NCBI GenBank assembly: GCA_018901755.1
Contig: JAHIDZ010000004.1
Coordinates: forward strand, 4,265 to 68,264
Reading direction: 5' to 3'
Length of the DNA stretch: 64,000 bases
From: Nanobdellota archaeon
Lineage (GTDB): Archaea > Aenigmatarchaeota > Aenigmatarchaeia > Aenigmatarchaeales > Aenigmatarchaeaceae
The position numbers were made by a program, and so were the translations under genes. Under the pieces are notes generated by a model. The model worked only from the letters and a program-made list of their open reading frames with translations, was not told the origin of the DNA and did not search any database. Numbering within the stretch: position 1 is the first letter of the stretch; each line of letters starts with the position of its first letter. Of the stretch, positions 7,343 through 16,844 are shown in pieces.

Positions 7343-10162
7343 TCAGTTAAGAAGTACAGCATTTTTTATCAGTTCATCACATTTCTGGATAAACAAATCT
7401 TCAGTACCTGTAGGTATTGTAGCGCCCGCTGCCTGTAAATGTCCGCCAGAATTACCGCCAACATGTTTGGCAGCTTTGCTTATTACATCGTTTATGTCTA
7501 TTCCTTCAGCTCGTGCAGATATCTTCGTTTCGCCGTCCGCGTCAGCTAGCCCAAAAATAGGTTTGCCGTTATCATTGTTAAAGCACATTGATACAATAAC
7601 ACCGATTAGGTTCTCATTAATGGCCGACTGTGCTATAATATAGGTAGCATAATTAGTATTTTTGACACTTTCTGGGTGATTTTCAACCCATCTTAATGAT
7701 TTATTTATCAGACCTCTATATTCTTTGATAACAGATTTTGATTTTTCTAATGCTCTTTTACTTCCTAAACAAATGCCAATTCCTATTCCACCTTCGCCCA
7801 TGCGTCCGCAATTATGAACAATAAGACCATTTGCCACGTAATTTGCATTTCTAGTGCTTGTAATATCATATACATATTTAGGACGATTTTTTATATCATT
7901 AATTTCTTTAATTTTTTCCCAATTAATATTGCTTTCGCATAAAATCTCTAATTGTTTTATTATTAATTCAGCTTCCTTTATCTTTTTTTCATATTTTTCT
8001 ATTCCGTATTTAATCTTTTCATTTGCATTTTTACCTGGCTTTTTTCCATTTAAAATTTTTGTTAACCATTCTCGCGATAATCCTATTTCTTCTGAAAAAC
8101 TTCTTTTGCTGATTTTCATTTCTTTCATAAAATTTTCAATATCTCTGGAAATTAGAATAGGCTTAGCTGTTTCTATCTTCTCTTTAAAATAAGTCAGATA
8201 GATTTTTAAATTTCTGACTGTAGGCATTTTACCTTTTTTATAGTATGTAAAATGAGAACTTTTATTTGGCGGAACATTTATTATTTCTGACAGCTTTAGA
8301 ATTAATTTATTAACAGGCAACGTATTGCTCGTTTTTTTATCTACTCGATTATTAATTTTTATTTTCTTATTTTTTTCAGAACTCATAAATCCAATCTTAT
8401 CCAAAAATATTTTAAAATTTTCTGTGTCGTATATTAACACTCTATATTTTTTTCTTCCGCAGTCTTTACAAATAGGTTCAGATAAACTGCTGTTTATTCC
8501 AACTCGCAGTAGCAAATATTGTACCTGTTTTGCTAAGCTAACAGAATGTGAGCTAAATTCAAGATGATCTTTATAATAAGAGCCGTCGCTGGAAAATAAA
8601 CCACTCAATAAACCACACATGTTTCTTTCATTTATTTCTAATAGTTTTGGGTGCATATTTACAGTGCAGGCTTTATCGCCTTTTTGTATGCCCACCATTT
8701 CTAATAAATCGGCTAAACTTTTTCTATTCCATGTAGCGACAAAAGAATGAGCCCTGTTTTCTATATAGTGATTCTTTATTCCAAAATGTTTGTTGATTAT
8801 ATTAGATATTATTTTATAATTTTCTGTCTCTTCCTTTGTTTTATTGAAACATATTGTAACGCGATAATTGTCAAGATGACCATCTCCAATCACATATCCT
8901 ATTAATGAACAAATGTCACGGTCTATGTTAGAAGGTATTTTTATCGGTTCTGATAGTTTACTGGCTTTAAAATAATTATTTTTTAGTTTGTCGGAAAAGT
9001 CGTCAAATTTAATATTTGCGCCAGTTATGTCAATGCTTTTAGGGCATGCAACTATGTCGCCTTTTCTTAAATTTTTCACATCAGCCCAACAAACTTCGCC
9101 ATCTTTTATTGTCAACAACTTATGATTTTCTGTTAAATCTATGCTCTTACCGCTGTTTGTTTTTAATCTTAATAATTTTATCGCATTGTGGAGTTTAATT
9201 TTATGAGTTCTGAAAATATAGTCTTTTTCTAACTTTAAATTTTCATTAATTGAAAAGATATTTTTATTAGAGATGTTTTTAATTGCTATTGGTATACCAT
9301 TTACGTATATCATCGTGTCTCCCGTAACGCATGCGTTTAACAGAGTAGCAAATTCTTTAACATCTTGTATTTCTTGTGGGAAGTTTTTTAAAGTCCATAC
9401 ATCTCCAAATAATTTAGAAATATCATGCCCGTGTTCTAATTGTTCACGAATTAATGAATCGCAAAGTTTTTGATATTCTTGTTCATTAAGATCACCTAGT
9501 GTACGCCACTCATCTCCTTCTTTAACTCGTATTCCATTTTCTGCTAAAAACTGTATAGCTTTTGATTCGTCAGATATATTTGGAATTTCTGAAGAATATT
9601 CTAAAGCTTTATGCAATGGTCGTGTAAACCGTCCGTATAATTTAAGTCCAGTTTTTCGTCCAATTGAAGATATATCATCGAATATGCTAAACATAGAATC
9701 AGCCGAATCGCCAATCGTGCCCACTAACGCTAGTGGTGCAAGTCGGTTATCTTTGATTATATCTCTTGTAAACATATAGACTGTGCCAGATCCGGATAAT
9801 CCTGTTAGGCCGAATAACTCAGGATTTAAATGAATCACGTTCTCTGGCAGCTCTTCTTTAACGTCATGATGGTCAAGAATTATTATATCAGATTTTAATT
9901 TTCTGATTTCTTCAGGATAACTAGAACCGATGTCAGTAAATATTATTAATTCAGGATTTCTGCTAAGCAGCGCATCGGTCGTATTAGAATTAATTTTTTT
10001 AGTTATCGTGACTTGGAAACGTTTGTTCAGATAAGCCAGGGCATATATTAGAATAGCCGCCGAACTTAATCCGTCTGCGTCGTTATGCACAACAACCTGT
10101 ATCGTGCTTTGCGTTGATTTTATTTTTCCAATCGCCTTTTCAGATAATTCGAGAAAATTCAT
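7343..10162 (-). CDS. RecJ/GAN(Cdc45)-like DHH-DHHA1 phosphoesterase interrupted by an intein
   Basis: N-extein 'VVHNDADGLSSAAIL...IIILDHHD' (DHH), C-extein '...GGNSGGHLQAAGA' (DHHA1 GGGH); internal 507-aa element begins 'CVTGDTMIYVNG' and ends 'LIVHN|C'. Confidence 0.8.
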   Translation of the reverse strand: MNFLELSEKAIGKIKSTQSTIQVVVHNDADGLSSAAILIYALAYLNKRFQVTITKKINSNTTDALLSRNPELIIFTDIGSSYPEEIRKLKSDIIILDHHDVKEELPENVIHLNPELFGLTGLSGSGTVYMFTRDIIKDNRLAPLALVGTIGDSADSMFSIFDDISSIGRKTGLKLYGRFTRPLHKALEYSSEIPNISDESKAIQFLAENGIRVKEGDEWRTLGDLNEQEYQKLCDSLIREQLEHGHDISKLFGDVWTLKNFPQEIQDVKEFATLLNACVTGDTMIYVNGIPIAIKNISNKNIFSINENLKLEKDYIFRTHKIKLHNAIKLLRLKTNSGKSIDLTENHKLLTIKDGEVCWADVKNLRKGDIVACPKSIDITGANIKFDDFSDKLKNNYFKASKLSEPIKIPSNIDRDICSLIGYVIGDGHLDNYRVTICFNKTKEETENYKIISNIINKHFGIKNHYIENRAHSFVATWNRKSLADLLEMVGIQKGDKACTVNMHPKLLEINERNMCGLLSGLFSSDGSYYKDHLEFSSHSVSLAKQVQYLLLRVGINSSLSEPICKDCGRKKYRVLIYDTENFKIFLDKIGFMSSEKNKKIKINNRVDKKTSNTLPVNKLILKLSEIINVPPNKSSHFTYYKKGKMPTVRNLKIYLTYFKEKIETAKPILISRDIENFMKEMKISKRSFSEEIGLSREWLTKILNGKKPGKNANEKIKYGIEKYEKKIKEAELIIKQLEILCESNINWEKIKEINDIKNRPKYVYDITSTRNANYVANGLIVHNCGRMGEGGIGIGICLGSKRALEKSKSVIKEYRGLINKSLRWVENHPESVKNTNYATYIIAQSAINENLIGVIVSMCFNNDNGKPIFGLADADGETKISARAEGIDINDVISKAAKHVGGNSGGHLQAAGATIPTGTEDLFIQKCDELIKNAVLLN
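7811..9331 (-). mobile_element. intein (Cys1...His-Asn, +1 Cys) with LAGLIDADG homing-endonuclease domain inside RecJ/GAN-like gene
   Basis: residues 278-784 of the ORF; block A 'CVTGDTMIY', LAGLIDADG motifs 'LIGYVIGDGHL' and 'LLSGLFSSDGSYY', C-terminal 'GLIVHNC'. Confidence 0.75.
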
Positions 10163-10189
10163 GATAAAGTAATGTGTTCTAAGCTTTAA

Positions 10190-10648
10190 TTACTTTACTG
10201 TCTGAATAATCAGTTTAGCTTGTTCAGCATTGTATCTCCAATCTGCTGGAAGGTTTTCGGTTTTTACGTAATATTTTGCCAATCTTCTTATTTTACTTTC
10301 TAGAAGTTCTAATCCGTGTTTAGAAGTATTATCTTTTTTGAATGTTTTCATGTGTTCGTGTAATCGTACTGCTTTTTTTAACATATTTAATAAATCTTCA
10401 GGCATTTCTGGGCAAGCATCATTATCTTTTAAAACTCTTAAGATTGTTTTACCAGTTATAGTTTTTACAGAAGGTACTCCATATTGGTCTCTCAATAAAG
10501 CACCTGTTTGAGCTGTAGTTAATCCATCTTTAGCAAGTTTAACAACTAAACGTTCAACTTCTTCTTTACTGTGTTCTACCCATTGTGCTGGAACTACAGG
10601 TTTCTTACTTCCTGATTTTCCTCGTTTTCTTGCATACATTCTTGCCAT
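10190..10648 (-). CDS. rps15: 30S ribosomal protein S15 (uS15/S13e)
   Basis: 'MARMYARKRGKSGSKKP...' canonical archaeal S15 N-terminus. Confidence 0.85.
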   Translation of the reverse strand: MARMYARKRGKSGSKKPVVPAQWVEHSKEEVERLVVKLAKDGLTTAQTGALLRDQYGVPSVKTITGKTILRVLKDNDACPEMPEDLLNMLKKAVRLHEHMKTFKKDNTSKHGLELLESKIRRLAKYYVKTENLPADWRYNAEQAKLIIQTVK

Positions 10649-10849
10649 TTACTTCACCAATTGCGAAATTATATATAGAATAATACCAAGCAAAAGTATA
10701 AAAGTACCTATGCTCGCTATGATAACTGTATATTTTATGAAACTCCCTAATAGTAAACCTACGAATATCATTATCGCTGATAGTATGATAGACTTATAGC
10801 TAGCATCTTCAAGCTTTTCTTTTTTGTTTGTTCCTTTAATTAATTTCAT
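10649..10849 (-). CDS. small membrane protein (2 TM), hypothetical
   Basis: 66-aa hydrophobic ORF abutting S15 and Bud32 genes. Confidence 0.3.
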   Translation of the reverse strand: MKLIKGTNKKEKLEDASYKSIILSAIMIFVGLLLGSFIKYTVIIASIGTFILLLGIILYIISQLVK

Positions 10850-11457
10850 TAACTTTCCCTCTTTATATAACGTCCACGGCGCTCTATTTCTTCTAATGTC
10901 TTAAGCACTTGTTTAGAGTTAGTATTTGTTTGTTTATAACCTTTTATAAAACTTTGCCAAAGAATATCAATATACTTAACGTGTGTTGATTTGAAAGCTT
11001 CTTTTAGAACAGATAAATCTATTCCAAAATCTTCATTTCTCGTAGATGTGTAACCTAATCCAAAGTCTATGAAGAATATTTTACTATCTTTCATTATCAT
11101 GTTTGATGTTGTAAGATCACCGTGAATTATGTTGTTTGAATGCAGACGTCCAACAGATTGACCAATTTCTTCAGCTATTCTTTTCTTGTCTGAAGTTTCA
11201 TTATAGATTAATTCTTTTATCCGCACACCGTCGATAAATTCCATTTTTATTTTAAATTCGCTTACTTCGAATACATTAGGGGTTGGAACATTGGATCGTC
11301 TTGCTTCTGATAATAATTTTGATTCTTTTTTTGTTCTTTCTTTTCTTAATCGTTCATCTATTTCTTTTATCCGATAGCCTTTTTTGATACGTTCTTTTAC
11401 TAGAACGTCGCCTTCTTTGTAAAGTATTCCTTCTGCTCCTCGTTTGATAATATTCAT
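10849..11457 (-). CDS. bud32: KEOPS complex kinase Bud32/PRPK (RIO-like atypical kinase)
   Basis: 'IKRGAEGILYK' P-loop-like N-terminus, 'IIHGDLTTSNMIM' catalytic loop, 'FIDFGLG' DFG-like. Confidence 0.8.
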   Translation of the reverse strand: MNIIKRGAEGILYKEGDVLVKERIKKGYRIKEIDERLRKERTKKESKLLSEARRSNVPTPNVFEVSEFKIKMEFIDGVRIKELIYNETSDKKRIAEEIGQSVGRLHSNNIIHGDLTTSNMIMKDSKIFFIDFGLGYTSTRNEDFGIDLSVLKEAFKSTHVKYIDILWQSFIKGYKQTNTNSKQVLKTLEEIERRGRYIKRES

Positions 11458-11465
11458 AAAAATGA

Positions 11466-11543
11466 TGGTGGACCCGCGGAGATTTGAACTCCGGGCCTCA
11501 CGATTATCAGTCGTGCGCGCTAACCAGTCTGCGCTACGGATCC
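11466..11543 (-). tRNA. tRNA-Ile (anticodon GAU), CCA encoded
   Basis: reverse complement reads GGATCCGTAGCGCAGACTGGTTAGCGCGCACGACTGATAATCGTGAGGCCCGGAGTTCAAATCTCCGCGGGTCCACCA; 7-bp acceptor, T-loop TTCAAAT, anticodon loop CTGATAA. Confidence 0.85.
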
Positions 11544-11580
11544 GATAAGTATTTATAATCTAGCGAGTTATTTAAGTCTT

Positions 11581-11823
11581 ATGTCAGTATCTAAAGCAAT
11601 CACCGATGTTCTAAAGAAAATAAAAGATCCACATATTGGTAAAGATATTGTATCTGCTAAAATGGTTAAAAACATTAAAGTAGTTGGAAAGAAAGTAACT
11701 CTAACGTTAGTAATGCCAGATATAGGATGTGCAGGATGTGGAATGGTATTTGGAATGATAAATGAGATTAAATCTGGATTAAAGAAAAAAGGCTACAAAG
11801 CTGAAATAGAAGTAGGGCAATAG
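11581..11823 (+). CDS. DUF59/MIP18-family protein (Fe-S cluster assembly related, SufT-like)
   Basis: 'DPHIGKDIVSAKMV...VTLTLVMPDIGCAGCG' resembles DUF59 'DPE..NIV.LGLV...MTLT.PGCP' pattern. Confidence 0.5.
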   Translation: MSVSKAITDVLKKIKDPHIGKDIVSAKMVKNIKVVGKKVTLTLVMPDIGCAGCGMVFGMINEIKSGLKKKGYKAEIEVGQ

Positions 11824-11830
11824 ATTCTAT

Positions 11831-12136
11831 ATGAAAAAGTTTATAGTTAGTTATAAAGGAAAGAAAATTATTATAGATAATTATTTTTTCTGCGATTCGC
11901 TTTTTTCACAGATGCGAGGTTTGATGTTTCGTTCTAAAAAGTTTAAAACACCACTAGTGTTTAGATTCAATAAGCCAGTAAGTTTAGCTATACATTCATT
12001 GTTTGTTAATTTCAAATTTCGAGCAATTTGGTTAAGAGATGGAAAAGCCATAGATATCCAAACGGTTAAACCATATCAATTATACATTAAATCTAAAGGA
12101 AAATTTGATACATTGATTGAAATACCAATAATTTAA
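11831..12136 (+). CDS. DUF192 family protein
   Basis: 'QMRGLMFR' (RxxGLMxR) signature of DUF192/COG1430. Confidence 0.55.
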   Translation: MKKFIVSYKGKKIIIDNYFFCDSLFSQMRGLMFRSKKFKTPLVFRFNKPVSLAIHSLFVNFKFRAIWLRDGKAIDIQTVKPYQLYIKSKGKFDTLIEIPII

Positions 12137-12171
12137 AAACCTCATTTCACTAATTTCTATACGGTGTAACA

Positions 12172-12849
12172 ATGATAATAGCAGCTATATCAGATTTAGA
12201 CGTTTTAGGAAATGATATAAGCGAATTTTTTAAACTTCTGAAAAAAATGAAAGAACCAGATTTATTGATATTTGCAGGAGACATGTACGAGTGGGCAAAT
12301 CCAAAACAATACAAGAAAATACAAAAAGCAATAAAGTGGAAATGCCCGGTAGTAGCTGTTTTTGGAAATAGAGAATTTCCAGAAGACGAGAAAGAAATAA
12401 TGAAGTCGGCTAAAAAAATAAAGTTTCTAAAAGACGAATCAATAACGTTAAAGATAAAAGGAAAGACTGTTGGAATTGTAGGAAGTCGTGGAGTTCTAGA
12501 TTCACCAAGCTTTTGGCAAAAAATGAACATTAATGGAATAGAAGAATTTTATCAAGAAGAGCTGGAGACGATAACTAGACTATTAACAGAATTAAAAACA
12601 GACATAAAGATTTTGGTTACTCACTATGCGCCAACCTATAGGACATTAACAGGCGAACCAATGTTCATATATTCTGGTTTAGGAACTAAACGATTAGAGA
12701 AAGTTATGAAAGACACGAAAGTAACATTGGCTATACACGGTCATGCCCATTATGGAAGAGATTTTGCTGTAGTAGGCAACATACCAGTGTATAATGTTTG
12801 TCTATGCAATAATGGTAAGATAACTATCATAGACACCGACAAACTTTAA
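12172..12849 (+). CDS. metallophosphoesterase (calcineurin-like)
   Basis: 'AISDLD', 'FAGDMYEW', 'FGNREF', 'AIHGHAHYG' phosphoesterase motifs. Confidence 0.7.
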   Translation: MIIAAISDLDVLGNDISEFFKLLKKMKEPDLLIFAGDMYEWANPKQYKKIQKAIKWKCPVVAVFGNREFPEDEKEIMKSAKKIKFLKDESITLKIKGKTVGIVGSRGVLDSPSFWQKMNINGIEEFYQEELETITRLLTELKTDIKILVTHYAPTYRTLTGEPMFIYSGLGTKRLEKVMKDTKVTLAIHGHAHYGRDFAVVGNIPVYNVCLCNNGKITIIDTDKL

Positions 12850-12873
12850 TAATCATATATCTAAAGGATTGTT

Positions 12874-14322
12874 ATGGAAAACAAATACGATACTAAAGAA
12901 ATTGACTCAAATTTTAATATATCATATGATAAATTTACCGTTTATGTAAATCGCACATTTCTCGGCAGTGTTTTTAATGAGTCTAAAAAAGTGTTTAAAA
13001 ATAAACACGAATTATCAAAATATATAATTAAAAAATATAATTTAAAGAGATATAATGCAAGAAATCTGGCAGAAACATTTACAAGAAGATGGATAAATGG
13101 AATGAGATCAATTCCGCTGGACTATTTGCTTGCTCTATGCGAAATAGCAAAAAAAGACAAAAAAGAAATATATAAAAACATTTTATCTATAAAATTCGCA
13201 GGTTGTCGAATTCCTATAGAAATAAAAAAATTTCCATTAAAATTAAATACGCACTGGGCATTTATTTCTGAATGTATAAGATGTGAAGGCGCGCTTGATG
13301 GAAAGAGAATGACATTAGAAAATACAAGCACTGAAATAATATCCGAATTCAGAAATAACTTATATCAAATTGGAGTAGGGAATGAAAATATAAAGGAACA
13401 TATAAGCGTCAAAGTTCAAGTTCCGAATGATTTAGAGAAGAATGATATTAAGGTTTTTAATTCAAAAGGAGAAATGAGAAATTTTCATATGAGAGTTTTA
13501 AATCTAAGAAAGGGAATTAAAAAGGAAATTATATTTACAGATAAATTCAAATATGAAAAAAATCTAAATTATCAAATCCTAACAAAAACTAATAAAATCA
13601 ATATTAATGTACTGATTCCGAAATATGGAAAAATCGAGGCAGTTAGCGACTATTCAGATAAAAGATATAAAAATGTTTCGCCTTCTGTTGTTTTGGTGGT
13701 TTGTAACAAAACCGCCGTTTGGATATTAAATAATATATTTGAAATTCCGCTTGGTAAAAAAAGCAGTATAATACGAATTCCGGAAATAATTAAAAATTCG
13801 ACAACAGATATTTTGAGAACGGTTATTAATATTGTATTTGCATGCGAGTCTACAATATCAGTTAATTCCAAATTCGTTTCCGTTACATCTATAAGCAAAG
13901 GATATTTGAAAGATTTGCAAGGAATTTTATTAAGGTTTAATATAAATTCAACTGTAAATGGATATGCATTACGCATATGCGGTTTATACAATTTCAAGAG
14001 ATTAGAAAATAATTTCAATTTTATAATTGATAAAAAGAATAATCAATTAGAAGAGCTTCTGATGTATAATAGTGAGCAAACGCCTAAACACATGGCGGAA
14101 CTTTTTTACCTGAAAAGTCTGAAAGAACTTGGCGGAGAAGCGACATGGAATCAAATTCTAAAGAATGCCAATAGAAAAGGCAATAGCTTATTAACTTATA
14201 AGAATAGGCTAATAAAAAGCGAAGATATCAAATGCTTTGGTAAAAAACCGAAGATTTTACAAATAACCAATTTTGGTGAGAATAGACTTAAAAATTCAAA
14301 TATGAATTATTGGAATGATTAA
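12874..14322 (+). CDS. hypothetical protein with degenerate LAGLIDADG-like motifs and C-terminal winged-helix; paralog of 24614-25792
   Basis: 'HWAFISECIRCEGALDG' and 'VFACESTISVN' LAGLIDADG-like; C-terminal 'ELGGEATWNQILKNANRKGNSLLTYKNRLIK' wHTH-like; shared architecture with ORF 24614-25792. Confidence 0.4.
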   Translation: MENKYDTKEIDSNFNISYDKFTVYVNRTFLGSVFNESKKVFKNKHELSKYIIKKYNLKRYNARNLAETFTRRWINGMRSIPLDYLLALCEIAKKDKKEIYKNILSIKFAGCRIPIEIKKFPLKLNTHWAFISECIRCEGALDGKRMTLENTSTEIISEFRNNLYQIGVGNENIKEHISVKVQVPNDLEKNDIKVFNSKGEMRNFHMRVLNLRKGIKKEIIFTDKFKYEKNLNYQILTKTNKININVLIPKYGKIEAVSDYSDKRYKNVSPSVVLVVCNKTAVWILNNIFEIPLGKKSSIIRIPEIIKNSTTDILRTVINIVFACESTISVNSKFVSVTSISKGYLKDLQGILLRFNINSTVNGYALRICGLYNFKRLENNFNFIIDKKNNQLEELLMYNSEQTPKHMAELFYLKSLKELGGEATWNQILKNANRKGNSLLTYKNRLIKSEDIKCFGKKPKILQITNFGENRLKNSNMNYWND

Positions 14323-16723
14323 AATGCAATTTGAAAAAACATATAACTCCAAAGAAACTGAACAGAGAATACAGGAATTTTGGGTGGGGAATGATATTTT
14401 TGGATTTGATGTTAATTCAAAGAAACCAATATTTTCTATCGATACGCCCCCTCCTACAATTTCAGGAAAAATGCATATCGGCCATTCATTTTCATACTCA
14501 CAGACAGATTTTATTGCGAGATATAAAAGAATGCAAGGTTATAATTTATTCTATCCGTTTGGAACTGATGACAATGGTTTAGCGACTGAGAGGCTGATAG
14601 AAAAAATAAATGGAATCAAATCCACAGAAATGTCAAGAAAGGATTTTATCAAATTATGTTTAAATACATTGGTTGAATTGAGAAAAGAATATATAAAGGA
14701 TTTTAAGTCGATAGGATTAAGTTGCGACTGGAAGATTTCTTATACGACTATAGATGAGCATTGCAGAAAAATATCCCAGAAATCATTTATAGATCTCTAT
14801 AAATTAGGAAGAGAATACAGGATGGAATCGCCGGTTATATGGTGTCCTGAATGTCAAACCGCTATCGCACAAGCCGAGTTGAAAGATACTGAGACGGAAT
14901 CATATTTCAATGATATAATTTTTAAAATAAATGGGAAAGATTTTGCAATCGCTACAACAAGACCGGAACTTCTTCCGGCATGCGTTGCTATTTTTGTGCA
15001 CCCAAATGATAAAAGATACAAAGACATTGTGGGCAAAAAAATAGAGGTTCCCTTATTCAATTTTGAAGTTCCTATTCTTACTGATGAAAAGGTTGATCTT
15101 GAAAAGGGAACGGGAATTGTAATGTGTTGCACATTTGGAGATCAGACTGACGCGGAATGGTATAAGGCGTATAAACTTCCATTGAAAATGGCAATAACAA
15201 AAGATGGAAAAATGACAGAGATTGCGAAAAAATATGCAGGATTAAGAATAAAGGAAGCACGGAAAAGAATTATAGAAGATTTGAGAAAGGAAGGTCTTCT
15301 TGTCAAACAGGAAAAAATAACCCATGTATTAAATGTGCATGAGAGATGCGGCACAGAAATTGAAATACTTAAAACAAAACAATGGTTTATAAAATATATG
15401 GATTTAAAAAGTAGATTATCAGAGTCGGGGATGCAATTAAATTGGCATCCTGAACATATGATTAACAGATATGAAAATTGGATTAGAGGACTGCAGTGGG
15501 ATTGGTGCATATCACGACAAAGATTTTTTGGGGTTCCAATTCCGGTATGGTACTGTAAAAAATGTGATGAAGTGATACTTGCTGATGAAAGTCAGCTTCC
15601 AGTTGATCCCATCGAAGATAAACCGAACATAGATAAGTGCCCAAAATGCGATTCGGTTGAATTTATTCCAGAAAAAGATGTTCTTGATACATGGGCGACA
15701 TCATCATTGACGCCGAAATTGGCAATTGATTTATTGCCGAACAAACCGTTTGAAAAATTATTTCCTATGTCATTAAGACCGCAGGCTCATGACATTATAA
15801 CGTTTTGGTTGTTTAATACCGTAGTGAAATCGCAATTGCACTATAAGAAGAATCCCTGGAAAGATGTAATGATTTCGGGATGGGTGCTTGACCCAAAGGG
15901 GGAAAAAATGTCAAAATCCAAAGGCAATACGATAGAGCCACAGGAAATTGTAAAAAAATATTGTGCAGACGCATTGAGATTTTGGGCAGCATCAGCTAAA
16001 CTCGGCGAAGACGTTTCTTTCCAAGAAAAAGAACTGGTAACTGCTCAGAAAACAATCACAAAATTATGGAATGCATCAAAATTAATTATGCAGAATCTAG
16101 ATAATTATTCTAATAAGAAACCGAAGAAACTTGAAGTAATCGATCAGTGGCTATTGGCAAAACTGTCTGATGCAATAAACACATGCACAGATGCTTTAGA
16201 TAATTATGATTACTTTTCAGCAAAGGCATCAATCGATCAGTTCTTCTGGAAAGATTTCTGCGACAATTATCTTGAGATTATAAAGCACAGATTGTACAAT
16301 CCAGACGAAACAACAGACTCCGCTAAGTATACTTTATACGAATCATTGCTAGCGATATTAAAATTATTTGCTCCGATCATGCCGTACATTACAGAAGAGC
16401 TGTATCAATCATTTTTCAAGAAGTATGAGAAAATAATATCCATTCACGTATCAAACTGGCCGACTATTTATGAGATAGATGACGGGTCTAAAGAGATTGG
16501 AGAAAAAGCAAAAGCAATAATTGTCGCAATTAGACAATGGAAGAATGTAAACAAACTTGCATTAAACACCGAATTGGCATCTGTAACAATTGATAGTGAA
16601 TATAATTTTGACGATGTAATAAATGATATCAAAGGAACGATGAAGATTAAAGAAATAGAAATAGGAAAAGCTGAAGATATCATAATACCAGAACATCATA
16701 TAAAATTAGACATTGTGAAATGA
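14315..16723 (+). CDS. valS: valyl-tRNA synthetase (class I)
   Basis: 'IDTPPPTISGKMHIGHSFSY...ARYKRMQGYN' (archaeal ValRS DTPPP + HIGH), 'KMSKSKGN' motif; 8-nt overlap with upstream gene. Confidence 0.7.
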   Translation: MIKMQFEKTYNSKETEQRIQEFWVGNDIFGFDVNSKKPIFSIDTPPPTISGKMHIGHSFSYSQTDFIARYKRMQGYNLFYPFGTDDNGLATERLIEKINGIKSTEMSRKDFIKLCLNTLVELRKEYIKDFKSIGLSCDWKISYTTIDEHCRKISQKSFIDLYKLGREYRMESPVIWCPECQTAIAQAELKDTETESYFNDIIFKINGKDFAIATTRPELLPACVAIFVHPNDKRYKDIVGKKIEVPLFNFEVPILTDEKVDLEKGTGIVMCCTFGDQTDAEWYKAYKLPLKMAITKDGKMTEIAKKYAGLRIKEARKRIIEDLRKEGLLVKQEKITHVLNVHERCGTEIEILKTKQWFIKYMDLKSRLSESGMQLNWHPEHMINRYENWIRGLQWDWCISRQRFFGVPIPVWYCKKCDEVILADESQLPVDPIEDKPNIDKCPKCDSVEFIPEKDVLDTWATSSLTPKLAIDLLPNKPFEKLFPMSLRPQAHDIITFWLFNTVVKSQLHYKKNPWKDVMISGWVLDPKGEKMSKSKGNTIEPQEIVKKYCADALRFWAASAKLGEDVSFQEKELVTAQKTITKLWNASKLIMQNLDNYSNKKPKKLEVIDQWLLAKLSDAINTCTDALDNYDYFSAKASIDQFFWKDFCDNYLEIIKHRLYNPDETTDSAKYTLYESLLAILKLFAPIMPYITEELYQSFFKKYEKIISIHVSNWPTIYEIDDGSKEIGEKAKAIIVAIRQWKNVNKLALNTELASVTIDSEYNFDDVINDIKGTMKIKEIEIGKAEDIIIPEHHIKLDIVK

Positions 16724-16844
16724 ATCAAAGACGATTTAACAAGAATGCACAATTTGAAATAATTGATTTAAATATTCTAAAAACTAATTTCTACTTATGG
16801 TAAGACAAACCAATACTTCGGTTTTAAATTGACCTTTTTCTAGC

